A stretch of DNA of 64,000 bases from Eledone cirrhosa (lineage: Eukaryota), in assembly GCA_964016885.1 (NCBI GenBank), contig OZ024742.1, positions 317,130,001 through 317,194,000 on the forward strand. Direction: 5' to 3'. Under the pieces are notes generated by a model. It was given only the letters and a program-made list of their open reading frames with translations, ran no database searches and was not told the origin of the DNA. This document shows positions 27,385 to 40,335 of the stretch, in pieces (position 1 is the stretch's first letter; every line of letters begins with the position of its first letter). The position numbers were made by a program, and so were the translations under genes.

Positions 27385-27827
27385 ATGGCTGCAGACTCTG
27401 CTAAGAGTATTGCAAAAACTTGTAACAGATCCTGAACAAGTAATACATGTGCCTTGAAGGGTTTTTAAGTGAGGAAAGGTCTTGCATTCGACCGATCCCA
27501 CTCTCTGAACATCGAAAACATTACCCGAAAAGGATAACTTGCCAACATCATCTGATGCTTCCGGGCCGCAGGTTTTTTTCAGAAAGGTGTTGTGACAACT
27601 GGGGGCCTTTCATTCCCAGGTAAAAATAAAGTGCTACTTGGATGGCCGTTGACACTGCTGAGTTCCTCCGCCTTTTGCCGGGTCTTGTATTTCATCCCGC
27701 AGGGTGTCAAAATATCACCCTCCTCACCAAGCAAGCTTGGTGGGGTTGCCGGTTTAGTCGGCGACGACCCGACCATGAGACAGGTTGTACTGGGTTACAT
27801 GTTACCAGTAACACTCAAGTGCGACCC
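27385..27827. mobile_element. Retroelement terminal fragment with a conserved multi-hairpin module, embedded in (CATA)n
   Basis: The module at ~27660-27827 recurs at ~34490-34609 and ~56660-56828. Confidence 0.65.
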
Positions 27828-28628
27828 TACATACATACCTACATACATGCGTACATACATACATGCATTCGTACATGCGTACATACATACCTACATACAT
27901 ATCTACATACATACATTCGTACATACGTACATACATATTATGTGCATATGTTTCTCCGGAGCTTCCTCGCCCTTCTCCCTTTCATTCTTTCTATCTCACC
28001 CACTCTTTCTGTTCAGCTATATTTGCCATACTTTCTTCATTTAAATTATCTTGACCCTTTTCCTATCTCTACCTTCCAATAATCTCAGCCTTACCTTCTA
28101 ATCTTCAGATCTCCACCTCTCACTTCATCAATTTCTCTTCCCTCGGATTCCCTTCCACCCCTTTATACTCCCAACTACTTTCTGTACGTTTGAAGAAACA
28201 CTTTCTTAATTCGAAACATCAGACAATTCCAGTTAAATCGACATGCTTGCACCAAGCAATAATAATTCATTAAAAACAACTAGCCCAACATTAACAAGGG
28301 GAGTATGTACCATAAAGACAATATCAATAATAATTTGAACTTCCATTAATGACAAGAAGACATTAACTAAAATGCTATATTAAGTATGACAATTTACTTA
28401 GCAAAAAAAGAATAACTATTACAATGTTATAGGAAAGTACGGCGATGGCAGGAGACAGGAAAATATGGAGAGTGCTGTACCATAAGTCCAGGACCCCCGA
28501 CCCTCAGATATGAGGATAGGGTGAGTAGGAAGGAATAGCAATGGATATATATTAGTACACACAATAGTTTCATCAACAACATCAAAAATACAAAAAAATT
28601 ATTCGAATGTTATCATTAACAGCAAATT

Positions 28629-28817
28629 AATTGTTTCTACTTTTGGCACAAGGCCACCAATTACCCAGTGCATTACTGGTACTTTATTTTATCGACCCCG
28701 TAAGGATGAAAGACAAAGTTAACATCGGCGGGATTTGAACACAGAATTGCAAGGGCCGTAACTCTATGCGTGAAACCATGGCATCCGACCCTCTACTGAT
28801 ACTGCCAATCCACCGCT
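28629..28817 (-). mobile_element. tRNA-derived SINE, full length
   Basis: Family consensus; flanked by the probable TSD attaacagcaaatt / attaacagtaaatt. Confidence 0.9.
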
Positions 28818-28850
28818 ATTAACAGTAAATTAATGTTGATATTTATCATA

Positions 28851-28932
28851 TTGGGTCGTCAAGTATGAAATGTGTAGCAAAAAAAACATATGACCATATG
28901 CCTCACTACAAATTTCATACTTGACGACTCAA
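28851..28932. mobile_element. Mariner-like mini-MITE (82 bp)
   Basis: TA|TTGGGTCGTCAAGTATGAAATGTGTAG...CTACAAATTTCATACTTGACGACTCAA|TA; 27-bp TIRs with TA TSD. Confidence 0.8.
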
Positions 28933-29347
28933 TATAATGACGATTGTGGATCATCGTTCGATTTCGTAGTTGAACATTCAGATGTTTGCTGAACTAAACG
29001 TGTAACATAATCTGTGACAAGGGCTGACCTTTAAATTACAGGAACAACCCATCTAGTCGGTGTCCACAGTTTCTATCTACCTAATTTCATTCGTAACTTT
29101 AAATGATGACTGACTCGGTCGAACACGTCTCGACCAATCCATGCTGTGATAAAAGGATGATAATGAAGATGATGAAGGTGATGATGGTGATGATGATGGT
29201 GGTGATGATAATCCTGATGATTGTGGGAGTGGTGGTGATGGTTGTCACGATGATCGTATTCGTACTATAGGTTTTTAAAGCTGTGAAAAGAATGGAGTTC
29301 TCTATATAGAAAAACACGAAATAACTGGTATTATGATTATACCCAAG

Positions 29348-29530
29348 GGCGGTTGATTGGCAGTATCGGTAGAGGGTCGGATGCCATGCTTTGACGCATT
29401 GAGTTACGGCCCTTGCCATTCTGAGTTCAAATCCCGCCGAGGTTAACTTTGCCTTTCATCCTTACGGGGTGGATAAAATAAAGTACACTGGGGTGATAGC
29501 TGGCCTTGTGCCAAAAGTAGAAACAATTAT
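29348..29530 (+). mobile_element. tRNA-derived SINE, full length
   Basis: Family consensus; possible TSD attatgattata on both sides. Confidence 0.9.
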
Positions 29531-30062
29531 GATTATATCTGCAGAGGGATCTTTTAGCATCAACACAATATATTTCAAATAGACTGTAGAACATAATTAC
29601 AATGGTCAATCTACTTTGATAACAAAATTTAATGTATAAATATGCATGTTAGAAAAAAGTGTATATTCTAATTACTTCTGAATAATAGAAATGTTAATGT
29701 AATCGATTCGGGAAAGTTGTTTTAAGGTTAATATGAATTTGCTAATTAAATCTAACTGTTCTATAATTACTATAGCTTTTAATGTATATAGGAAATTACT
29801 TTGTGTATTTACTGTTTGTGATGTTACTCTTAATGACAATATTTACAATAATATTAAATTTTAAGTAATGGATTATCTTTATGCTACTACTACTCTACTG
29901 CTGTATCGACATTTCATGTTCTTCAGAAAATTTGAGACGAAATAAAACAGTACAATCTCAATTTCTATCCTAGCTATTACACACATAGAGCTTCTTCACG
30001 TTTTAAAGGTTCTTGATAAAACTTTTAAATCCATTAATACTCTTTGTTGAATTGAATCTTGT

Positions 30063-30363
30063 TGTACGACAGTACGACGCCCCTCTGGCGAGAATGGGCT
30101 GGACTACTACATATAAATAGTAGCGGCCTGAGGAAGTGGGCAAGTTCCACAGATCGTGTATTGATAGTCAGAGTTGGTACTAGTTCCACAGTTCGTGTGT
30201 TGATAGTCAAAGGTGGGACTAGTTCCACAGGTCATGTGCTGATAGTCAAAGTTGGAGTTTAAGTTCACAGTTCAAGTTAGTGTGTTGGATTGTTGGTTCT
30301 TAAAAGATTGATTTTCCGTTACCTGTGGTTATTGCCGTTTGTTTCGATTATATTGTTATTACA
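30063..30363 (+). mobile_element. Probable solo LTR with an internal 39-bp x3 tandem repeat (30142-30258)
   Basis: TGT...ACA termini, TATAAA at ~30113, near-TSD ttgt/ctgt; unit agttccacagNtcgtgtNttgatagtcaNagNtggNac. Confidence 0.5.
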
Positions 30364-30524
30364 CTGTTGCAGTGTATTCGTTTATCCATAAGGACATTAC
30401 AAATCTGAAGAGAATAAGCAATTTGATTTCCGGGATATGTGTGGGGTAAGTGGAGGAAATGGTATGTTTGGAGGATAATGGGGGAAAGATACAGAGTGAT
30501 TATTGGGGGTGGGGTTCGGTACAA

Positions 30525-31185
30525 CACATAACTTCGCATAAAACATCGTCTCTACCAACATAACTAAATTCAATAGAACACACACAGATCAAGGTATCAA
30601 CCTAACCAGGCAATGAAACTGCACCGACCTAAATAATTGCCCACTTCACACCAAATGCTTAAAAGGAATCTGGTATATAAATTCAACGTAATAACACCAA
30701 TCTTACAATGCCTACGCGAGGCTAGTTGCTCGCGAATTTAATACAAGATTCTACCAACACAGCTATAGAAGCCCGGACGGCAGAAAGGCTACTACAATAT
30801 CGAGACACGCATGGAAGCTCAGCAATAGGAATAAGATCTTCAAACTGCACTGGAGTCTCTTAATAAAGGCCAAACCAGATGCCGGGAGCCGTATCCCGTG
30901 TAACCCATGCTCGGAGGAGACCCTAAACATTTTGTTTGCCAAGGAACAATTGCTCAACAAGAAGTGCGAACTCGCCACTTCCTGAATATACAGCCCCCCT
31001 CCACCAATAATTCGCTCTGTAACATTTTCCCATCCTCCCACTACACTCTTTTCTCCACTTATCCCACACATCCTGGTCTCTGATGAAAGAACGCTTGGAC
31101 ATACCTGAAAACAAAAAATTAATTAAGTTATTATCCACTCGTTGTTTAACCTGCGTGAGCTCAGCGCTCGGGCAGTGCCTTTTTT
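30525..31185 (+). mobile_element. Degenerate PLE remnant (GIY-YIG region plus pLTR), related to the 12-17 kb family
   Basis: NFA*NIVSTN..TRQ*NCTDLNNCPLHTKC..RNLVY..FNTRFYQH..ATTISRHAWKL..PCNPCSEETLNILFAKEQLLNKKCELATS* aligns with ORF 13444-14286. Confidence 0.85.
31076..31173 (+). ncRNA. Degenerate long-stem-II hammerhead homologous to 12149-12260 but with a canonical C3-G8 core
   Basis: gtct-CTGATGA-aagaacgcttgg-acatacctgaa...-tccactcgttgtt-(taac; GAAA lost)-ctgcg-tgagctca-gcgc-TC-gggc; same TGAGCTCA stem III palindrome. Confidence 0.6.
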
Positions 31186-31190
31186 TTAAC

Positions 31191-31302
<112 letters not shown>

Positions 31303-31529
31303 TAAATATTTAGGTAAATGAAGAGTGATGTCAATCATATTTTATGGTCAGTTTAATTTCACAATCAAGAAAATAAAGCGAACTTCTCATCCATCGTATA
31401 AACTGTACAAGTATTTAAACCAAACTTCATGTAAATCCGACGAACAGTATATAGATATATATTATGTATAGAAATTTCGTATTTCGAAAGAAATACGATT
31501 TTAGGAAGCCGTAGATATGCGAACACCGG

Positions 31530-31860
31530 TTTTGTCCAGCAGAAGCAAGGGGGACAACCGTCTATACATTTCAGGCTTGACTGGCCATCGTCAGGACGAT
31601 CTCTCCCACTGCTCTGCGACTGCTGGACTTGAAAACAGCCGAGAACATATGTTAACCGCAGTCTTCCTCTTCCAGTGTGTCCTTGCAGGGGCTCCCACAG
31701 GAGCACTGAGTGCAGTGTCAACTCTGGATGTCGGTGAGCATGTCCAGCTAACCCCATATATATATGTGGGAGCCCCTGCATGGATACACTGGAAGAGGAA
31801 GACCACGGTTAACATATGTTGATACCCTACACTGGTCTCTTGGAGACGCAGGACATACAG
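31530..31860 (-). mobile_element. RTE-clade LINE 3' fragment with a local inverted duplication (31643-31698 and 31767-31820)
   Basis: Minus strand LAGHAHRHPELTLHSVLLWEPLQGHTGRGRLRLTYV; plus-strand copy WEPLHGYTGRGRPRLTYVDTL. Confidence 0.75.
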
Positions 31861-32848
31861 AGTATAGTATGTTTCCTATATTAAGAGATGAAAAAATAAT
31901 AACTGAGATTTTCGCTACTATATATTCAGAATTGAAATATAGAAGTTAGAAGTAGGCTTATGTTTAGTCACTTACTCATCCAATAGGAAAATATACAAAT
32001 GGACGGTCATGCATTGTTATATGAGAAATCAGAAATTAATTTTATAGCTTCAGAAGAAGCTAGAAATGTAATTCCATATGCGAACTTTTATAGATACTTT
32101 ATGGTTATTAGTTGGCTTAAGTTTGAACCTGATGGAATGTGACTTCTTAACAAATAGAGTGCAGTGTTTGGCTGTTCTATAGTAGGCGGGGATAAATGTG
32201 ATGTAGAGAATGTGATTGTTTATGTGACTTGGTTTGTGAGCATTTGTTAAACATCTTTTCAGTGTCTGTTCAAACGTGACTAGGAGAGGATATGGACTCA
32301 GCCATGTTAAACACACCCAAGACACATATTCCCTCATTTGCCATTTTACCTAATATCGTATCCACAGTTCTCTATTTTACCAGCAATGCGTAAATTTAAC
32401 CAAAGATTCCTTAATATAACCAATAAAATCCCTGGTTATATTGAAAACTTAAGAACAATGTCTACATATTTGCCAACCTGATATGGCTGAACTTCTAATA
32501 TATAATATAATATATATACTGTGGATTATATTCACCCCCCCCCCCCCCACACACACACATGTATATATGTATATGTATATGTGCACGTCGCAAATATAAT
32601 CCTCAGTATATATATTATATATTAGAAGGGGTAGCCAGCCTTATCAGGTTGCCAAATATGGAGACATTGTTCTTAAGTTTTCAACATATAGAGATTTTAT
32701 GAAGTTTAGCGATTGTACACACCGTTTAACAAATTTACACACGTACATTCTAAAATTAAATATATACCACCACCCCACTCTCCAGAGCGTGAAATTAATA
32801 AACATTCGTTGTACTGCCTCTCTGTTTTGTTCCTGTTCAAATTTTTCC

Positions 32849-32893
<45 letters not shown>

Positions 32894-34209
32894 ATGTGTC
32901 TGTGTTTGTGAATGGGTGTGAATATACGTATTCATACATGTGTGTATTTAGGATAACATTTTGTTTAAATTGCTGTAAGTGTTTTTACGTGTACCGAATC
33001 CCAAAATGAAAGTAAATGAATAAGATCCTGACATGATATGAATCAGGAATTAACGGAACGAACCAAAACTTTTTATGTTGTTTAATCTAAGTCTCTAATT
33101 CTGACACTCCATATCCTTCATTATAGATAAAGCATTTATATTGTATGTATGTGGCGGTGTGGAGGGATGAGGCTAAAGGGAGAAAGAGAGAGAGAGGGGG
33201 GAGAGAGAGAGACGGAGAGAGAGAGAGGATGTACTTAAGTGTAGTTACGGTGTAGGGAAAATATATCATATATTTGAGTATTGATGGGAGGGACAAACAC
33301 TAACGTTGTGAGGCAGAAGAAAGATGAAACCCACGCACATACATATACTCATATAAACTATTGAGAACTGAAGCTGGTGATTTTATCGGTATCAATACTA
33401 GTTAATTGAGGTGAAGTTGGTAGTTTTAGTAAGAAGAGCAATGAGAAGACTATTCATGTTTTAGTAATATTTTTTTTTTAATCGTCATTTATTTAACGTA
33501 TATGTTTTAGTGCAATTAGTTATGATATGTTACGTTTACCTATAGATAATCTGATTAAATGACAATAAAGCACAGATTGTAACATTTAATAAGATGGGTG
33601 CTTAATTATTATAGTAGGTTTTTAGTCATGGACCTTTAAATCTTTTGTTAGGGCAGTTAGTACAAATAAGCAAGGAATAGAATTATGACAAATCTATTAC
33701 AAATTCCATTGTATATAAAGAAGTATTAACTTTTAGAAATTATGATAATAATCAATTATGGCAACATTATACAATGATCCAATAACAAATATATATTAGA
33801 GTAATTATTGTGCGTTAGTTTTCAATACCGCAGCTAGTTTCACATTAATTTACTAATGAAATAACACAAAGACTTCATAGGTAATTGTATTCGATAACTT
33901 TAGAATATTTGCTTCTCAAAAAATTCAAAGAGGATTCATAATCTCTGATATACGTAGATGTATTTAGAGAGGAAGACGTTTAACTAGATGGAATTCTAGC
34001 CATCCATGTTATCTGAACTTTATCTATTCATGTTGTCTGAGCTCTTGGTGGAGAAGTAGAGTTACCGTCGGAATATAATTAAATATTTAATCCTAGCAGA
34101 GGCTATTCCTCTCCAGATCTGAATACAGCCAATTTCTTCCCGAGGAATAAAGGAATCGAAAGATTGAAAAAAGAGAGGATGTGTGTAATCTAATCTAATC
34201 TAGCGGAGT

Positions 34210-34609
34210 TTACACTCGCAAATAAGAAGAACCAGGGCCGCCACTAGGAGTATTGGATTTGGTGTACTTTATATTTATTTCGGTTGCTGAATATAATCAG
34301 GGTCGCTGCTCCTCCTTAAGGTCTTAGTTCTCTTCTAACTCGAGCGGGAGCGCCTTGCCATTGTCAATTTGCATTGATCATCTGCAAAGCCGCATTATTT
34401 TCAGAACCACTACACCAGTCTTTCGATGTGTGCAGCTGGAACTACTGCCACCCATTGATTTGGCAGGAATTGTTTCTTTCTCTTATGAGTTCTTCCGTCC
34501 TTTGTCAGGTTTTGTTGTTTTTTTCTGTCCTGCAGGGTGTCCAAAATCACCCTCCTCACCAAGTAAACTTGGTGGGGTTGCCAGTTTAGTCGCCGACGAC
34601 CCGACCATG
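34210..34609. mobile_element. Second copy of the multi-hairpin terminal module with divergent adjacent sequence
   Basis: cagggtgtccaaaatcaccctcctcaccaagtaaacttggtggggttgccagtttagtcgccgacgacccgaccatg. Confidence 0.6.
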
Positions 34610-34817
34610 CGTATGTGTATGGGTGGGAGAAAACGAGGGTGACCGAGAAGAATAAATAAAATATCTGAAACTGATATATACATTATCAACCGCGAATTTA
34701 TCAAAGGCAGAACTGTCCTCGGTGGAATTCGATCTCATTCGATCTTTGCTAGAAATATGATTTTTCTATTAAATTCTTATAGGGTTCTTTTAGCGGTATT
34801 CAATGATTATACTTCAT

Positions 34818-35557
34818 TGTGGATTGGCAGTATCGGTAGAGGGTCGGACGCCATGCTTTACAGCAAAGACTTACGGCCCTTTATGGTCTGAGTTCAAATC
34901 CCACTGACGTTAACTTTGCCTTTCATCCTTACGGGGTCAATAAAATAAAGTACCAGTAATGCACTGGATAATTGCTGGCCTTGTGCCAAAAGTAGAAACA
35001 ATTATATTTAATTGTGGTTTCACAGTGGATTGGCAGTATCGGTAAAGGGTCGGACGCCATGCTTTCCAGCATAGTTACGTCCCTTTGCGCCGAGGTTGAC
35101 TTTGCCTTTCATCCTTACGGGGTCGATAAAATAAAGTACCAGTAATGCACTGGTTAATTGTTGGCCTTGTGCCAAAAGTAGAAACAATTATATTTAATGC
35201 TGAAAACCTGAAGCCTCCGAAAGTTGAATAAAATGTTTGGGTGTAAACCGTGTAATGTTGGGGACAGCATACAGACCACAAACATTTCGGTGTGTAGGCT
35301 GAATAGGATTCCCTCAACTGCATCAAACACGTTAAAAACATATTAAAAAATGCCTACATTAAATTCATCTAAGATTTGTTAATATACACTGTATATATTT
35401 TAGTACACACAAACAGACAGCTACACACGGGTGGGTGTGTGGGTATGTTTATATTAACATATCTAAAGTATGTATTGAAAAATCTAAGATGAAGTTTTAC
35501 GTAATATATATCTTCATTGTACTTCATTTTTCTGTTCTATTTTCCCGTTTACTTTTC

Positions 35558-35631
<74 letters not shown>

Positions 35632-37390
35632 ATATAAAGGTATATATTAGTTTCATGCTTAATATAGTAGAAACATTTTTACGTTTTCATTAGAAAGTAG
35701 AATGAGGATTTAAAGAAGAAATAGAAAGATGGCGGAGAGTGAGCAGGGTAGAAACGAAAAGGATTTCTTCAAGAAAGAGCATTATCTCGATGACATGTGT
35801 ATATATATATTGAATGTGTGCATATGCTAGTGTATTTGTATGTGATTATAGTGTAAATGTGTATTTAATGCGATTATTGCATATCAGGCGGTTGATTTGG
35901 CAGTATCGGTAGAAGGTCGGACGCCATGCATTGTAGCATAGAGCTACGCCCCTTTATGGTCTGAGTTCAAATCCCGCGTAGGTTAACTTTGCCTTCCATC
36001 GTTACGGGGTCGATAAAATAAAGTACCAGTAATGTACTGGTATAACTGCTGGCCTTGTGCCAAAAGTAGAAACAATTATTTCACATCACAATGGCAGTGG
36101 ATTGGCAGAATCGGTAGAGGGTCGGACGCCATGCTTTGCAGCATAGAGTTACGGCCCTTTATGGTCTGAGTTCAAATCCCGCGGAGGTTAACTTTGCCTT
36201 TCATCGTTACGGTGTCGATAAAATAAAGTACCAGTAATACTAGTAATACTATAATTGCTAGCCTTGTGCCAAAAGTAGAAACAATTATGTGTATTTAAAC
36301 TAAGGTATATCCCAACTTTCAACTGCGATAATTTGTTTTATTTTAGTTTTTAAGTATCTTTCATGTGAACATCAAAGACGGTACTGTCTAGAAATTGTAT
36401 ATATGCGTATGACGGCTGCACATATATGTATGTGTGTACGTATCGTATGTATATGTGTATATGAGTGTGTGAAGTGTACACATATATATGTATGTGTGTA
36501 CTTATCGTATATACGTATGTGTGTATATGAGTGTGTGAAATCCCGCCAAGGTTAACTTTGCCTTTCATCCTTACGGGGTCGATAAAATAAAGTACCAGTA
36601 ATGCACTGGGATAATTGCTGGCCTTGTGCCAAAAGTAGAAACAATTATTACTGATATAAAATAATTGTTTCTACATTTGGCACAAGGCCAGCAATTATCC
36701 CACTGTATTACTGGTACTTTATTTTATCGACCCCGTAAGGATGAAGGCAAAGTTAACCTTGGCAGGATTTGAACTCAGACCATAAAGGGCCGTAACTCTT
36801 TGCTGCAAAGCATGGCGTCCGACCCTCTACCGATAAAATAAGAAGCAATAAACTACGTCTGAATATGATGCTATGTATTTGATATTTCAAATATTTTACA
36901 ATATTACACAGCTTCCTTGTTTGCGTTTCTTTTAGAGATGCCAATCAGCTAATGTGGTTACGTGGTTGCTCGTCTTGCTAGAAATAGCAACGTAATCCTT
37001 CTTAAATTAGAAGCAGCCGTCATAATGAGACGATACATTTGATAATTGTTTCTACTTTTGGCACAAGGCCAGCAATTAATCAGTATATTACTGGTACTTT
37101 ATTTTATCGACCCCGTAAGGATGAAAGGCAAAGTTAACCTCGGCGGGATTTGAACTCAGAATGGCAAGGGCCGTAACTCTATACGTCAAAGCATGGCGTC
37201 CGACCCTCTACCGATACTGCCAAAATGGTTGCTGATTTAGGTAGATAGCCAACAATTTGAAGGGAAAGGGAAAGACGATTAAATCGACCCCAGTGTGTTA
37301 CTGGTACTTTATTTTATCGAACCCTTCAGGATAAAAGGCAATGGTAAAGCCCGGTGGGATTTGAACTCAGAACGTAAAGTGCCGTAACTC
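34818..37390. mobile_element. Cluster of 8 SINE copies: + 34818-35004, 35024-35190, 35887-36080, 36093-36288, 36538-36648; - 36660-36834, 37043-37223, 37235-37390
   Basis: Each copy matches the family consensus. Confidence 0.92.
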
Positions 37391-39282
37391 ACATTTGATA
37401 ATATAGCTTGATATATATAGCTTGATATATATATATAGTTTAATATAATATATGACTGGATATAGCTTTGATAATATAGCTTGATATATATATAGTTTGA
37501 TATAATCTATACTGAAAGATGTGAGTGTCAAAGCGAGAATGCTAGATCATCACTGACCTGAGGTTAAACACGAACATCAATATCATTTAATGATAACATC
37601 AACACCTAGTTTATTTATTATACTTATGTGTGTGACAAAGATTTCATAGAAATTGTAGCCTGAAATCCAAAGTTAGGCCAAACAAAGTCTTATTGCCGCT
37701 AACATCATGAAAGCAAATCAAAGGGTATACTGAGAATCGTTTTATTTGTATTTCTGTTCTCGATCACCTTCGCCAAAGAGCAAATTCAATTGAGTTGTGG
37801 CCGAGACGCCTTGTACAAATGTTTGCATATATTTATGAACAGAACTCACTATTCTGAAGTGCTATAACAAGTAAAATCCAAACTACTCATAAACAATATC
37901 ACACACACTGTATGCGATAGTGTAATATTCTAAAAGACGTTTCCATACAATTATATACAAACAGAAATGCACCTTTCTCGGGGATCCCTATTAAACGGAA
38001 AGTCCTGTATCTTCGTGCCTATAGCAACTGAAAAAGAGCAGCAAGCACTGATACAAAACAGACCTATATATACTAAGTTAATAAATGTCAAAAATACTTG
38101 GAGACTTGGCATATATGAATGATGCTGGGGGTCAGAAAGAAATCTTGCTTGATCAGTTATAAAGATGTAAGGGATTACTTGACTTCGAGTATCAGAAAAT
38201 CGCCTGTGTTTAGTCTCCTGATTTGCTAGAAATAACAAATTAATAATACTAAAAAAAAAATAAAGGCAACATTGAATAATGTAGTTCTTGTACACATATG
38301 GTGACATTTGGAATGGTTTTTATCATAGACTGGCTCGATTATGCTGTGTATAGATCTACAAATCAACAAGAATATCTACATAGTACATGGGAGACAACGA
38401 GCCAACGTGAAAGACTTTTCGTAGTTATTCAATCCTCTAGACTTAGCAGATAAATTTTCCACAAATTCGATCTTACCAAGTTTTAAAAAAATCACATCAA
38501 ATAACGTACTCCTAGATACCATATATATAATATACCAAAGATTTAATACTCATAGCCAGAATGCCTGTGATCGATCTGGTATAATAAAACGTGAGCCGCT
38601 ATATAGTTGTTCAGTTGGCTAGAAATAGCAGCTAAATATGTCTAAAATTACCCCACTCCCTCTGCCATAAATTTAATAGACCTCTCCTCTAACCAAGTCC
38701 TGAATACACAATACCTTAACAATTACAGGATGGTCGTGTTTAATATACTTTTGCTTATAGTCCTGCTCCATAAAGTTAAACTTCAGCTGACCATCAACAC
38801 CAACAACAGCCACAACAAACAGCGCAGCTAAAATTGCTATTCCAAAATCGTACTTCCCAGACGCCAAGGATGATTCTGCTAATTATCGATAAACAAATGA
38901 TAAATATCTTACGTTAGTGTTTCATGTCAGACGAAAATCTATAACGTGTATATCGTTTCTTCTATAATTAGAAGAAAAACAGCAAATTCTAAGCAATCAA
39001 TTGGATTTGAACATCAATTCCGTAGCCCAGAATTTCTACTAAGTGAACTTTTTACAAATTCTGAACACTACATTAACTCAACCTGTATAACGTGTAAGTT
39101 TATTTGCAGACTATCACTTCTAGTTTTAAATACATAACGTTGTTGCAATAGGAAAAAGGTGGGTGCTGAAAAGAAAAGAAACGTTTGCAAGCATACCACT
39201 CAGCTAAAAGATTTCGTAATAAGCAAAAACAACGTTCCTAATACTACAAGATCTACAGGAATATTAGAATGGAATTGACAGG

Positions 39283-39398
<116 letters not shown>

Positions 39399-40199
39399 AT
39401 TCATACACGCGCGTGTGAGTGATTATGTGTTTGTTTCTTTATTTTCCACTTTTTATTTATATTAAATATATACATTTCGTCTTGTTAGGCGGTTGTTTAT
39501 TTATCTTTTTTACTATTTTCTATCCTTATTTCTTTTTATATCGTTCTTAATCTCTGAGGCTTTTTTTGTTGTTTTTTGCTGTACGCTTTATGTAACTTTC
39601 TTTTTTAGATTAGTTTTTCTACATTCGTTTCTTTGCTTTTCTGTTATTTTATACAGCACACTGCTGTGAAGCAAGCTGAATAAATCAGATTGCGAATTAC
39701 CGATGTCTTCAATTACTCGGTTAGAGAAAGAATCGTGTTTATATCTCCCATATGAAAACAAATGGAAATACCGCAGCAAGCAACACGCGAAAGTGATGGA
39801 TTATTACTGATGGTGCTTTGGCTTTAGCAAATCTAACAGTCACGGGTAGCTTCATGCCATACTCTCTATGGAAAAAAATCCATTACGTCTGATATAGTTA
39901 GCGCTGCTTTTGTTGATTGTGTTGCTTTGACTTCTCTTTCTACTTCGTAGTTTTCTTCTGACGAATTTCTTCTTTAAAAATATTACAGCTACTGGCATCT
40001 TCTAGCCCAGTGATCTGGAGAATAAAGATAAACTACATTTAATTGTCCTAGTTATATATTGTTTACTTGATCTTAATAATGTTGTTATTGTTGTCCTTCT
40101 TGCTTGGGCTAAATATGAAATTATAATGTATGACAGAGACGATATTAGGTTTCAAATGTGTAGGAGAGTAGAATATTGATTTAGGTGATGTTAAGTGTG

Positions 40200-40335
40200 T
40201 GCAAGACTTGCTATGCGGTTAAGACATTCTTTTCATAAATTCATGGCTTCGGGTTCGTTCCCACGGCTCGACCCTTTGAGCAATTGTTTTTGACAATGGC
40301 CTCTTATGTGCAGCAATTGATAGATAGAAACTGCT
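40200..40335 (+). mobile_element. Second tRNA-derived SINE family (old copy); another copy at 42607-42770
   Basis: gcggttaag..gggttcgttccc..tttgagcaa..tagatagaaactg vs gcgtggtagaag..ggttcgatt..ggtagacggaagc. Confidence 0.6.

Noticed and set aside
30142-30258. Regularly spaced repeats suggestive of CRISPR (also 60348-60620)
   Set aside because: Head-to-tail tandem units without unique spacers; eukaryotic context; no cas genes.
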